Assembly: GCA_019057795.1 (NCBI GenBank)
Contig: JAHLWS010000042.1
Span: 1 to 64,000 of the forward strand
From: Promethearchaeota archaeon
Lineage (GTDB): Archaea > Asgardarchaeota > Lokiarchaeia > Sigyniarchaeales > SOKP01
Length of the DNA stretch: 64,000 nt
Reading direction: 5' to 3'
Each line of letters begins with the position of its first letter. The stretch's first letter is position 1. This document shows, in pieces, positions 10,116-19,132 of the stretch. Both the position numbers and the translations under genes were made by a program. The notes under the pieces are model-generated. The model made no database searches. It saw nothing but the letters and a program-made list of their open reading frames with translations, and had not been told where the DNA came from.

Positions 10116-11218
10116 TGCCAGTAGGTTTAGTAGTTATGAGATGGGACGAACGAGTTGGTACAGAAATCTTAGCAAAATATCCCGAAGAGATAGTAATCAC
10201 TGACAAAACGCTTATGCAAGTGTACAGCACTCACGAGTATAGCGGAGAATCTGGGATGATAAGCTTAATGGTTGGCTCGTTAAACATAGCTTCCTATTAT
10301 ACTGGACCCGAAAAGGGGTATTATATACTCTTACTTTTAAATCTGGACGACGACCCCGACGCGTATGAAGGAGGGTTAGCGGACGCATCAAGGATAATCT
10401 TACAAAACCTTGAAGACGACACGTATGTACAGTTTGTTCCTTCTTTATTCAGGAGATTGTCGGTGTATCCGACCTTAAACGAAGAGCAGCGATTAGCAAT
10501 GACGTATCAAGACGAAATTAAAAGGATGATCATCAACCGACTAAGGGAAGAAGGTACGGTCTCAAAATCAGAGTTAATGGTTTGGCTAAAAGACAGATAT
10601 AAGCAAGGATTTGTCGATTTAGAAGGCGTATTAATTGAATTGATTAAAAGAGAAATCATAAAAGAAACTTCAGTAAAGGGTATGCCCTCTGAATTGATTT
10701 TTCTTACTAATGACATTTTGATGTTGCGAGTCCCTCCAGTTCAATTACTTAAAGACCCTTCCGATAAAGGGTTACCTTCTCAATTAGCCACAGACTATAG
10801 AACTGAGATTAAAAAATACTTCCAAAACTATCGTCCTTCCGAGCAAGACAACCTAAGAGTTATCGAAATTATCATCAATCCCCAAGTTTACGAGACATTA
10901 CGATTGTTAAGAACTGCAATTGTAACCAAGAACGACCTTGAGAAGCTAAAGAAGAAAGGCGTTGAAGACATTGACGATGTTTTGAAAATGCTATGGGAAT
11001 GCCAAATGATTCAAGTGTTCCAAGACGATAGAAATAACGAATATTACGCTTTAATATCAGATTTTTACGTAGATAAGATATTTCCGAAGTACTTGTTGAA
11101 CATCATTAAAGCTGAATACGAGAAGAAATCAAAAGCCGATCAAGTTTTATTAGAATATTTAACAGTTCTTGAGAATACATATGTTAACTTAAAATCAGCA
11201 GTTAAAATCGAAGAATAA
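10115..11218 (+). CDS. Conserved protein with N-terminal longin/uDENN-like domain and probable C-terminal winged helices
   Basis: GLVVMRWDERVGTEILAKYP resembles the F/W-D-x-x-x-G-P-x-I..YP start of uDENN/NPRL2-type longin domains. TAATG overlap with the upstream gene. Confidence 0.55.
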   Translation: MPVGLVVMRWDERVGTEILAKYPEEIVITDKTLMQVYSTHEYSGESGMISLMVGSLNIASYYTGPEKGYYILLLLNLDDDPDAYEGGLADASRIILQNLEDDTYVQFVPSLFRRLSVYPTLNEEQRLAMTYQDEIKRMIINRLREEGTVSKSELMVWLKDRYKQGFVDLEGVLIELIKREIIKETSVKGMPSELIFLTNDILMLRVPPVQLLKDPSDKGLPSQLATDYRTEIKKYFQNYRPSEQDNLRVIEIIINPQVYETLRLLRTAIVTKNDLEKLKKKGVEDIDDVLKMLWECQMIQVFQDDRNNEYYALISDFYVDKIFPKYLLNIIKAEYEKKSKADQVLLEYLTVLENTYVNLKSAVKIEE

Positions 11219-11372
11219 ATTTTATTTTTAACTTTTTTTTTAAATCTTATCTTTTTTTAGTTATGGAGTGTTATTGAATTAGTTATATCTTCTTATTACT
11301 GATCATATTTTTATTTCCATTACTAAATAAAAAAATTTTTCAATCTTAATCAATTATTATTTTTGATGTATT

Positions 11373-12689
11373 ATGGATAGTACAGAAAAATATTTAGATA
11401 CGCCAGAAGCAATAGGTTTAGATGGTATTGATTTAGAGAAATATATTATCGCAAGTTATATCATCAAGCGACCAAAAGGAATGAATGTGAATTATTTATC
11501 CCGATTTGCGGCAATTGAACAATCGACAGGAACTTGGGTTCGAGTACCGGCTGAAACTGAAGAAGTGAGAAAAAATCATGTGGCTCGGGTATTAGGTGTC
11601 TATGAAATACCACATTACGAATATGTGATTCCAAAGGATGTTAAGGAGCGATTATATTTCGTTCAGATTGGTTTCCCAATAATAAATATTAAGGGAGATG
11701 GAATTCCAATGCTTCTTACTTCAGTTATTGGCAATATTAGTATTACACATGGACTGAAATTAGTTGATCTCGCGTTTCCAAAAGAATATTTAAAAGATTT
11801 CAAAGGTCCAAAATTTGGAATTGATGGGCTCAGAAAACTCTTGAAAGTGCCCGAAAGGCCATTGTTAAATAATATGGTAAAACCATGTACGGGACATACA
11901 TGTGACGTCGCTGCGGACTTAGTATATAAAGCTGCAGTTGGAGGCTGTGATGTCGTAAAAGATGACGAGTTAATTTCAAACCCATCGTTTAACACTTTAG
12001 AAGACAGAATTAGCGCAGTTATGGAAAGTATCGATAGAGCAGATTCAGAAAAAGGAGAGAAGACGCTATATACGATAAATATCACTAGTAAATTCCCAGA
12101 AATGTTTGAATACGCTGATAAAATGATCGAAATGGGCGCAAACGCTTTAATGATAAATTATCTCACAGCTGGTTTCGAAGCATTAAGAGCTATAGCTGAA
12201 GATCCTTCAATAAAAGTACCAATCTTAGGACACATGGATTTTGCAGGCGCATATTTTGGTGGTCATTGGACAGGATTAACAAGCATGCTAACTCTTGCTA
12301 AATTTCCAAGAATGTGTGGGGCTGATACAGTTGTCATTCCTGCACCGTATGGTAAGGCAGAGATATTAGATGAAAGGTACGAACAAAATTTAAAAGCTCT
12401 CAGATATCCGTTCCAACACATTAAACCTACTCTTCCAATGCCAAGTGGAGGAATCACGCAAGGAATGGTCGAAAAAACCATGAAAGAAGCAGGTACAGAT
12501 ATTTTAATTGGAAGTGGAGGGGGAATTCATAGCCACCCAGATGGTCCAATATCAGGTGCAAAAGCATTTAGGCAAGCAATTCATGCTGTAATGCAAGGGA
12601 TAAGTGTAAAGGAGTACGCTAAAGAACACAAGGAATTGGGAGTAGCCCTTGGAGTGTGGGGTACTGGAAAGACTGCTTTGATCGAATAA
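11373..12689 (+). CDS. RuBisCO-like protein (form IV, RLP)
   Basis: EQSTGTW, GPKFG, VKPCTG, DVVKDDE (carbamylation motif), GHMDFAG, PSGG, GGGIHSHP. Positions equivalent to Lys177, Arg295 and His327 are substituted. Confidence 0.88.
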   Translation: MDSTEKYLDTPEAIGLDGIDLEKYIIASYIIKRPKGMNVNYLSRFAAIEQSTGTWVRVPAETEEVRKNHVARVLGVYEIPHYEYVIPKDVKERLYFVQIGFPIINIKGDGIPMLLTSVIGNISITHGLKLVDLAFPKEYLKDFKGPKFGIDGLRKLLKVPERPLLNNMVKPCTGHTCDVAADLVYKAAVGGCDVVKDDELISNPSFNTLEDRISAVMESIDRADSEKGEKTLYTINITSKFPEMFEYADKMIEMGANALMINYLTAGFEALRAIAEDPSIKVPILGHMDFAGAYFGGHWTGLTSMLTLAKFPRMCGADTVVIPAPYGKAEILDERYEQNLKALRYPFQHIKPTLPMPSGGITQGMVEKTMKEAGTDILIGSGGGIHSHPDGPISGAKAFRQAIHAVMQGISVKEYAKEHKELGVALGVWGTGKTALIE

Positions 12690-12734
12690 AATGTAACTTC
12701 TTTTTTATTTTATTTTTTGTTTTATTTTCAAACT

Positions 12735-13691
12735 TTATTCTATGTATCTTTTTAATAAAACTCGTATATTGGGATTAAAATCATCATTTTTTACAACCTC
12801 CACAATAGAATTGCCACATAAATCTAAATACTGGAGTTTTGGTAATTGTTTGAGGTCTTTTAGATTCACTGAATCGCTAATTTTATTGTTTGATAATATT
12901 AGATGGGTCAAATATTTTAGTTTAATCAATCCTTTTATGTTTTTAATTTGATTATTTGAAAGATCCAATCTTTTTAAATGATTTAAATTGTGTAAACCTG
13001 ATATCTCAGAAATTTCCCGAATGTTGTTTTTCCAACCCCATGGAGTGCCTTTAACTTCAAATTCAAGATAATCTGATAAATCTAATTTTTCAACCAATAA
13101 TGTATTAGGTTCTAGTTCAAAATATACATTCGGAATTTTTTCTATTAGGTGTTTTACAGTTAAATAATTAATTAAAATTTCGGCTAGTTGTGTAGTGGTA
13201 AAACTTTTAATTCTATTTGTTTTGAGTAGGGCTTTTAGAGATTTTTTATACTTTTTATTCTCAAAACCTTTTTCAACACTCAAAAATTGAATCTTTTTAA
13301 TTTTCTTCAATTGCTCGATTAAAATTAATTTAGAATCACGAGAATTCATTTTTACTAAATTTTTTATTACAGTAATTAAGCAATTATAAGAAGTTTCGTG
13401 CTGAATTGCCCATTTAAATAGAATTAAAGTATTATTTAGATAATTTTTACCAATATAATTAGCAGAAGCGTTCCTTACAATCTCACTTGAATCAGAAAGT
13501 AATAGGTTTTCGAAGAAATTGAATAATTTCTCATCTTTTAAATTTATTTTACCTAAGATATTAATAGAATCTGCTCTAATTATATCTTCCTCGTAGTTCT
13601 CAATGATAGAAATCAACAAATTAGTGGCAGAAGATTTATCTAAGAGTTTATTACAATACTCTTCAAATATAGTTTGAGGATTTAACTCCAT
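12735..13691 (-). CDS. HEAT-like repeat + leucine-rich repeat protein
   Basis: FENLLLSDSSEIVRNASA HEAT-like unit; C-terminal LRRs LDLSNNQI, LILSNNKI, LDLCGN. Confidence 0.8.
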   Translation of the reverse strand: MELNPQTIFEEYCNKLLDKSSATNLLISIIENYEEDIIRADSINILGKINLKDEKLFNFFENLLLSDSSEIVRNASANYIGKNYLNNTLILFKWAIQHETSYNCLITVIKNLVKMNSRDSKLILIEQLKKIKKIQFLSVEKGFENKKYKKSLKALLKTNRIKSFTTTQLAEILINYLTVKHLIEKIPNVYFELEPNTLLVEKLDLSDYLEFEVKGTPWGWKNNIREISEISGLHNLNHLKRLDLSNNQIKNIKGLIKLKYLTHLILSNNKISDSVNLKDLKQLPKLQYLDLCGNSIVEVVKNDDFNPNIRVLLKRYIE

Positions 13692-13762
13692 TATGCGATA
13701 ATATTTATAATTAAATGTTTGTACACTGATTTATTAATTAAAGATGATCTAAAAATAAAAAT

Positions 13763-14950
13763 TTAAGTAAATTTGCGTTCAGAAATTTGTTTAAACAAAT
13801 CTTTAATGGTTGCTTTGAGTTTATTGAATGGTCTTAAATTTCCCGAAAAGGGCGTACCGATGCCATGATATAAAATTGGTTCTATCTGGGCTTCTACATT
13901 TTCGATCTTCCTTAAATTTCCTTCAGATAAGCAAGAAAGAAAATAGTCATTTTGATATTTTCTAAAAGTTAAAAATCGATACTTTTGAAACCCCAATTTA
14001 ACAGCAATCCACCGTGGATACGCGCCAGTGTTTCCTAATGTATTAGCAGCAATTGCCTCGATTTTGGCAGTTAGTAGCGATTCTTTCATTTCCATCTCTT
14101 CCTCTAGATTCTCAAATTCTCCCGGTACTTCTACGTTCAATTGACCTTCTTTATCAAGTAAGAGCGAAATTACACCAATCGACATTGATGACAATCCAAT
14201 GTAATCAATTCTTATCCAATCCTCTAAATATGGAATTTCTTGGTCTGAAAATACATCCTGTAATTGTAAATATTCCTTTAAGATAAAAATAAGATAACCC
14301 TTAAACTTATTATCAATTTCAAATTTTTCTATTTTTGTTAAATTGTTAATATCTTTACCTCGTACTAGTTCTGAATAATACTTCGCCATTTGTTCGAGAA
14401 ACCACTTTCCCTTTTTATCGGGAAAAACTCCATAGATTAAATATATGATATTATTCTTTTCGAAGAATTGGCATTTTACATCTTCGTTATTTTCGGATTT
14501 GAGGAGCATTTTGTCAAGGTCTCCACCTAAAATACTAGTAGCTATGAAATCTAAGTTATTTGATAATTCTAATAAATAATGTAATCTATCATTACTTGCA
14601 AATAAGGGGGTTCTCTCTACCGAGGTTATTCCACAGAATTGTATGTATTCTCCGTCCCCCCCATTTCCTCCCCCTTTTAATATAATCTTTTCGTCGTCTA
14701 AAGAAAATTTAGATGCTACTTGCTTTACTCTGACTTTACCTTTTAATTTTGAGGAAGCTGTTATAGTTTTGGGTCTAAATTGTTGAGGGGAAAGCTTTTT
14801 CGACTCATTATTTTCGGGATCCAAATATTCAAACAAATTTGCTAAGAATTTTCTACATCTGGGGCAAAGTTGGTCTTCTGGATATGGTTTTACAATTGTA
14901 TAACCACAATCTTTGCACTTTAGGGTTTTACTATTGACTCCTCTAAAAAT
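13763..14950 (-). CDS. Zn-ribbon protein with probable tandem longin/roadblock-like domains; probable ATT start at 14950
   Basis: The frame is open 38 codons upstream of the listed TTG and encodes CKDC..CPRC. An in-frame TAA at 14954-14956 bounds it. The downstream secondary-structure pattern resembles longin folds (inference). Confidence 0.6.
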   Translation of the reverse strand: MFRGVNSKTLKCKDCGYTIVKPYPEDQLCPRCRKFLANLFEYLDPENNESKKLSPQQFRPKTITASSKLKGKVRVKQVASKFSLDDEKIILKGGGNGGDGEYIQFCGITSVERTPLFASNDRLHYLLELSNNLDFIATSILGGDLDKMLLKSENNEDVKCQFFEKNNIIYLIYGVFPDKKGKWFLEQMAKYYSELVRGKDINNLTKIEKFEIDNKFKGYLIFILKEYLQLQDVFSDQEIPYLEDWIRIDYIGLSSMSIGVISLLLDKEGQLNVEVPGEFENLEEEMEMKESLLTAKIEAIAANTLGNTGAYPRWIAVKLGFQKYRFLTFRKYQNDYFLSCLSEGNLRKIENVEAQIEPILYHGIGTPFSGNLRPFNKLKATIKDLFKQISERKFT

Positions 14951-15049
14951 GTTTTACCAACTCCGCCAAAAAAATTAGGATAGATAATAAAAACTAATAA
15001 ATAATAATTAATGTTTGGAAATAAAAAAGTTTGTAAATCTTAGTAAAGA

Positions 15050-16141
15050 TTATAAATATTTCTCAGCAACAGTTTTAAATGCTTGTAAGAACTTATTATT
15101 TTCTTCTTTTGTTCCAATAGTTATTCTAAGATAGTTATAAAGGTCCGGCTTACTGAAGTGTCGTACTAAGATTTTGATATCTTTTAAATCCCATAAAAAT
15201 TTTAAAGTAGTTGATTTATCATCAAATTTAATAAAAATAAAATTCGCATCTGAGGGTAGCACGCTGATACCTGCATACTTATTAAGTATTTCTGACAATC
15301 TTTTTCTTTCTGTGATTATATTCTTATTTTGATCGTATACTTTATTTCTATGTTTTATACAAGATAATGCTGCATGTTGTGCGATAGAATTTGTATTAAA
15401 AGGCAATTTAACTCTATTCATTTCTTTAACGATGGAAGCATCAGCTAAAGCGTATCCAATTCTTAAGGAAGCAAGCGAGAAAGCTTTTGAAAAAGATCTG
15501 CAAACGATTAAATTTTTTACATCTTTCAGTAATGGTAAACACGTATATTCTGAGAAATCAGCGTAGGCTTCGTCCACTACGACAATTCCAGGAAAATTGT
15601 GGCAAATTTTAAGAATAGTATCATTATCAAATGACTTCCCGTTAGGATCGTTTGGTGAATTTATAAAGAGTAATTTTCCTTTTTGGTTATAAGCACTTTC
15701 TGGTATAGCAAAATTGTCATCTAATTTAATCTCGGTGATTTTTGCGCCATAAAGATTAGCTAAAACTTTATATAATCCAAAAGTGGGATAAAATATAATA
15801 ACTTCATCTCCAAGATTAACAAATACTTTGAAAATTACATCCAAAATATCGCTGGAACCATTTCCTACAAAAACAGTATTTCTATTAGTTAATGTATCTT
15901 TATTTCTCAATAGTTGATTTAGAACCGCTTTACGAACCTCAAGAGCTAACGAATCGGGGTATTTTCGTAATAAATCTTTATTTTCTATAGCTAATTTTAA
16001 ATCATCTAGTATTTCTTGGATTGGGGGATATGCGTTTTCAGTTGTATTTAATTTTACCCAACCATCTCCTTCCGGTTGTTCTTCTGGTTCATAAGCGCTA
16101 TATTTTCGAAGATTTTCTCTAAATAACTTTTCTAATTCCAT
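15050..16141 (-). CDS. hisC: Histidinol-phosphate aminotransferase
   Basis: KLNTTEN, GNGSSD, NSPNDPNG, VDEAY, RSFSKAFSLASLRIGY (PLP lysine), RITIG. Confidence 0.88.
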   Translation of the reverse strand: MELEKLFRENLRKYSAYEPEEQPEGDGWVKLNTTENAYPPIQEILDDLKLAIENKDLLRKYPDSLALEVRKAVLNQLLRNKDTLTNRNTVFVGNGSSDILDVIFKVFVNLGDEVIIFYPTFGLYKVLANLYGAKITEIKLDDNFAIPESAYNQKGKLLFINSPNDPNGKSFDNDTILKICHNFPGIVVVDEAYADFSEYTCLPLLKDVKNLIVCRSFSKAFSLASLRIGYALADASIVKEMNRVKLPFNTNSIAQHAALSCIKHRNKVYDQNKNIITERKRLSEILNKYAGISVLPSDANFIFIKFDDKSTTLKFLWDLKDIKILVRHFSKPDLYNYLRITIGTKEENNKFLQAFKTVAEKYL

Positions 16142-16372
16142 CTCGATTACCTTTTTTTTAAAATAGACTATTTGGTAGCAATTTCTTAATAATTTAATAT
16201 TTTATATAACTACTTTATAACATTTATTTTTTGTCTTTTAACCTCTCATTCACTGAAATTAAAATAAATCACTATTTAAAAAAGCAAGTCAAAAAACTCA
16301 ATTTTTAAATGTATGAAATCTATTAATTTTATAATATTATTTATAGAAGATAGAGATAAAGTGAATATTAAA

Positions 16373-17227
16373 ATGCAATACGCTATTATGTTTCAAGTTT
16401 TCGAAGGCGGAGTAAGTGAACCTATAAAATGGAATAAAGACAGTCTCACAGCTGAAAACAATATTATCATCTTAGATGAGGGATCTTCCTCTCTTTTTTT
16501 ATGGTATGGGTCAAAACAAGGGTTAGTTTCAAGAAGAACTGCACTTAGACAAGCACAATCACTAAGAGGACATGGATTTACTGTCGGTAAAAGTATAGTC
16601 GGGAGAGATATTAAAGATTTAAAAGAAATTGATCAAAGGAAAATTGGTAGGGTTCTTGAAACCGATGAAATAAATGAGGATCTTCAAACTTTATTAAATA
16701 AAGAGTATAAGGAATTAGATAATTTTGTTATAACCTTTGAATTAAAAGAAATTGTAAAACTCGTTGAAAAAGTAATACCTAAACCTGAACCTAAGATTGT
16801 ACCTAAACCCGAACCAGTAATCGAGCAAGAAACTCCTAAAGTTGTAAAAACAGAAATGAAATTTGCTTCTGAATATGACATTAAGCCAGATCTTGTTTTA
16901 GAAAGTAAACCAACCGAAAAGCCATCAATATCTACTACAAAAGGTTCTACACCAGAACCCAAAGTTGCGTCTAAACCTGCGTTAGATCTTTCCATCCAAG
17001 CTAAAATAGGATTTGTGTTAGTAGGAATTTTAGAACATTATGATGATATTTGGATTTCAATAAAAGAAGATAAGAGATATTCCGTTGAGCACATGGATGG
17101 AAGAGTATGTGAATTCTCAATTGTCGAAGGTAAGATTAAATTTACAGTAGATTCTTTTTCAGGCATCTCTACAAAGATTAAAACTGAAATACAAAAGAAA
17201 TTTGTAGAACTATCAAAACTAATGTAA
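16373..17227 (+). CDS. Single gelsolin-like domain protein with Pro/Lys/Glu-rich linker and C-terminal unknown domain
   Basis: IIILDEGSSSLFLWYGSKQGLVSRRTALRQAQSL matches the gelsolin-repeat pattern (ILD..IFxWxG....R..A...A); linker PKPEPKIVPKPEP. Start uncertain (16313, 16373 or 16388). Confidence 0.65.
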   Translation: MQYAIMFQVFEGGVSEPIKWNKDSLTAENNIIILDEGSSSLFLWYGSKQGLVSRRTALRQAQSLRGHGFTVGKSIVGRDIKDLKEIDQRKIGRVLETDEINEDLQTLLNKEYKELDNFVITFELKEIVKLVEKVIPKPEPKIVPKPEPVIEQETPKVVKTEMKFASEYDIKPDLVLESKPTEKPSISTTKGSTPEPKVASKPALDLSIQAKIGFVLVGILEHYDDIWISIKEDKRYSVEHMDGRVCEFSIVEGKIKFTVDSFSGISTKIKTEIQKKFVELSKLM

Positions 17228-17357
17228 TTCTTTTTTTCCTAATTTTTTATATATTGGAATTTAAATTTTAAGCTTTTTTCTTTATTATTATTAAGAATAA
17301 TAGTTTCGATTCTTAATGTTATAGTTATTATTTTTAAAAAAATAATTTTGTAAAATT

Positions 17358-19115
17358 ATGAAATTCAAAACATTAGCAGTTTTATTTTCTGATTTAGAGG
17401 CCACCCCAAAAAGGCTCGAAATGATCGATATCTTGTCGATGTTTTTTAGAAATATAAAAAAGAATATAGATTTTAAGGATTTAGATAAAATAATCTATTT
17501 GTTGCAAGGTAAATTAGTTTCGAATATAAAACAATTTCCAAAAATCGGTCTTGCAGAAAAAATGATAATTGAGGCGCTTTCTTTACATTCTGGGATCGAA
17601 AAAAATAAAATAAAAGAAGTTCTAATAAAAATTGGAGATATTGGGGCTACTGCCGAATTAGTATTAACAAAAAAGAAAAAGCAAAAATCTCTATTTGATT
17701 TTGAAGATAAACCTAGTGAAATGGAATCTTTATTAGAGATTTCTGAATTATATTCTGCTTTACAAAAAATTGCCTTAAGTGAAGGAGCAGGATCGCAGGA
17801 TGTGAAACTAGGAATTTTAAGAGGTTTAATGAGTAAAAGTTCTCCTTTAGAGACTAAGTATCTATTACGCATAATTACATCAACTCTAAGAGTAGGTGTA
17901 TCAACATTAACTATTATTGATGGGTTAGCTTTAGGGTTTACCGGCGTTAAAAAGAATAGAGAATTTATCGAAAAAGCCTATAATTTGCATCCTGATATGG
18001 GAAATATTACAATAATTTTAGCAGAAAACGGTATAGAAGAAGTAAAAAAGATTAATATTAGTTATGGCATTCCAATTCGAAGTATGCTTGCCTCTCGGGT
18101 TCCTTATGCAGAAATTATTGAAAAAATAGGTTCACCTTTAATAGCAGAATATAAATTAGACGGAGAGAGATTACAAATTCACAAGCAAGGAGATAATGTT
18201 TTGCTCTTTTCACGGCGATTACTTGAGATATCTAAACAGTTTCCAGATGTTTGTCAAATTGTACGTGAAAATGTGAAAGTAAGTAATGTTATTATTGAAG
18301 GTGAAGTTGTTGCTATGGATGCCTTTTACGAAAAAATGCTCCCATTTCAAGTTTTAAGTAAAAGAAGGAGAAAATATGACATCGAAGATGTTTCAAAAGA
18401 AGTTCCTGTCAGCTTATTTTTATTTGATTTGCTAAAAATTGAAGACGAATCCTATATAGAAAAACCATTCCTTGAACGACGAAAAAAATTAGAAGAAATT
18501 GTGAAGGAAAGAGATGAAATACATTTAGTTAAATCCGTTTTAATAAATACAACACAAGAATTATTAGAATTTTTTAATGAAGCACGAAATAATGGAACGG
18601 AAGGAATTATAGCAAAATCTATTAAAGTGGAGTCTGTATATCAAGCAGGGAACCGTGGTTTTCTCTGGATTAAATTAAAGGGATTGGAAGGAGGCAAATT
18701 AAAAGATTCTATAGATGTAGTATTAGTTGGTGCTTTCCATGGCAAGGGTCGAAGAACAGGCGTTTATGGAACATATATAGGCGCTGTATTTGATCCTGTG
18801 GATAATAAATATATTGCTTTTACTCGATTCTTCTCAGGGTTAACTGACGAATTATCAGAATCCTTAACAAAAGATATGGAGCAATATAAGGAAAAAAAAA
18901 AACCTAATAATGTTATTTGTGAAGATATTCCAGAGATTTGGTTTAATCCAGAAGTTGTAGTTGAAATTATTGGTGACGAGATCACTGTTAGCGAGAAGTT
19001 TTCTACTTTAGGATACTCCCTGAGATTCCCTGTTTTCCAGAGATTTCGACCAGATAAAGGTCCAGAGGATATAACTACAGTTGATGAAATTAAAAAGCTT
19101 TATAATTCTCAGTAA
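17358..19115 (+). CDS. lig: ATP-dependent DNA ligase
   Basis: EYKLDGER adenylation motif, EGEVV, FDLL, EGIIAK, WIKLK, SLRFP. Confidence 0.96.
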   Translation: MKFKTLAVLFSDLEATPKRLEMIDILSMFFRNIKKNIDFKDLDKIIYLLQGKLVSNIKQFPKIGLAEKMIIEALSLHSGIEKNKIKEVLIKIGDIGATAELVLTKKKKQKSLFDFEDKPSEMESLLEISELYSALQKIALSEGAGSQDVKLGILRGLMSKSSPLETKYLLRIITSTLRVGVSTLTIIDGLALGFTGVKKNREFIEKAYNLHPDMGNITIILAENGIEEVKKINISYGIPIRSMLASRVPYAEIIEKIGSPLIAEYKLDGERLQIHKQGDNVLLFSRRLLEISKQFPDVCQIVRENVKVSNVIIEGEVVAMDAFYEKMLPFQVLSKRRRKYDIEDVSKEVPVSLFLFDLLKIEDESYIEKPFLERRKKLEEIVKERDEIHLVKSVLINTTQELLEFFNEARNNGTEGIIAKSIKVESVYQAGNRGFLWIKLKGLEGGKLKDSIDVVLVGAFHGKGRRTGVYGTYIGAVFDPVDNKYIAFTRFFSGLTDELSESLTKDMEQYKEKKKPNNVICEDIPEIWFNPEVVVEIIGDEITVSEKFSTLGYSLRFPVFQRFRPDKGPEDITTVDEIKKLYNSQ

Positions 19116-19132
19116 AGAAAAAAATTTATTTT

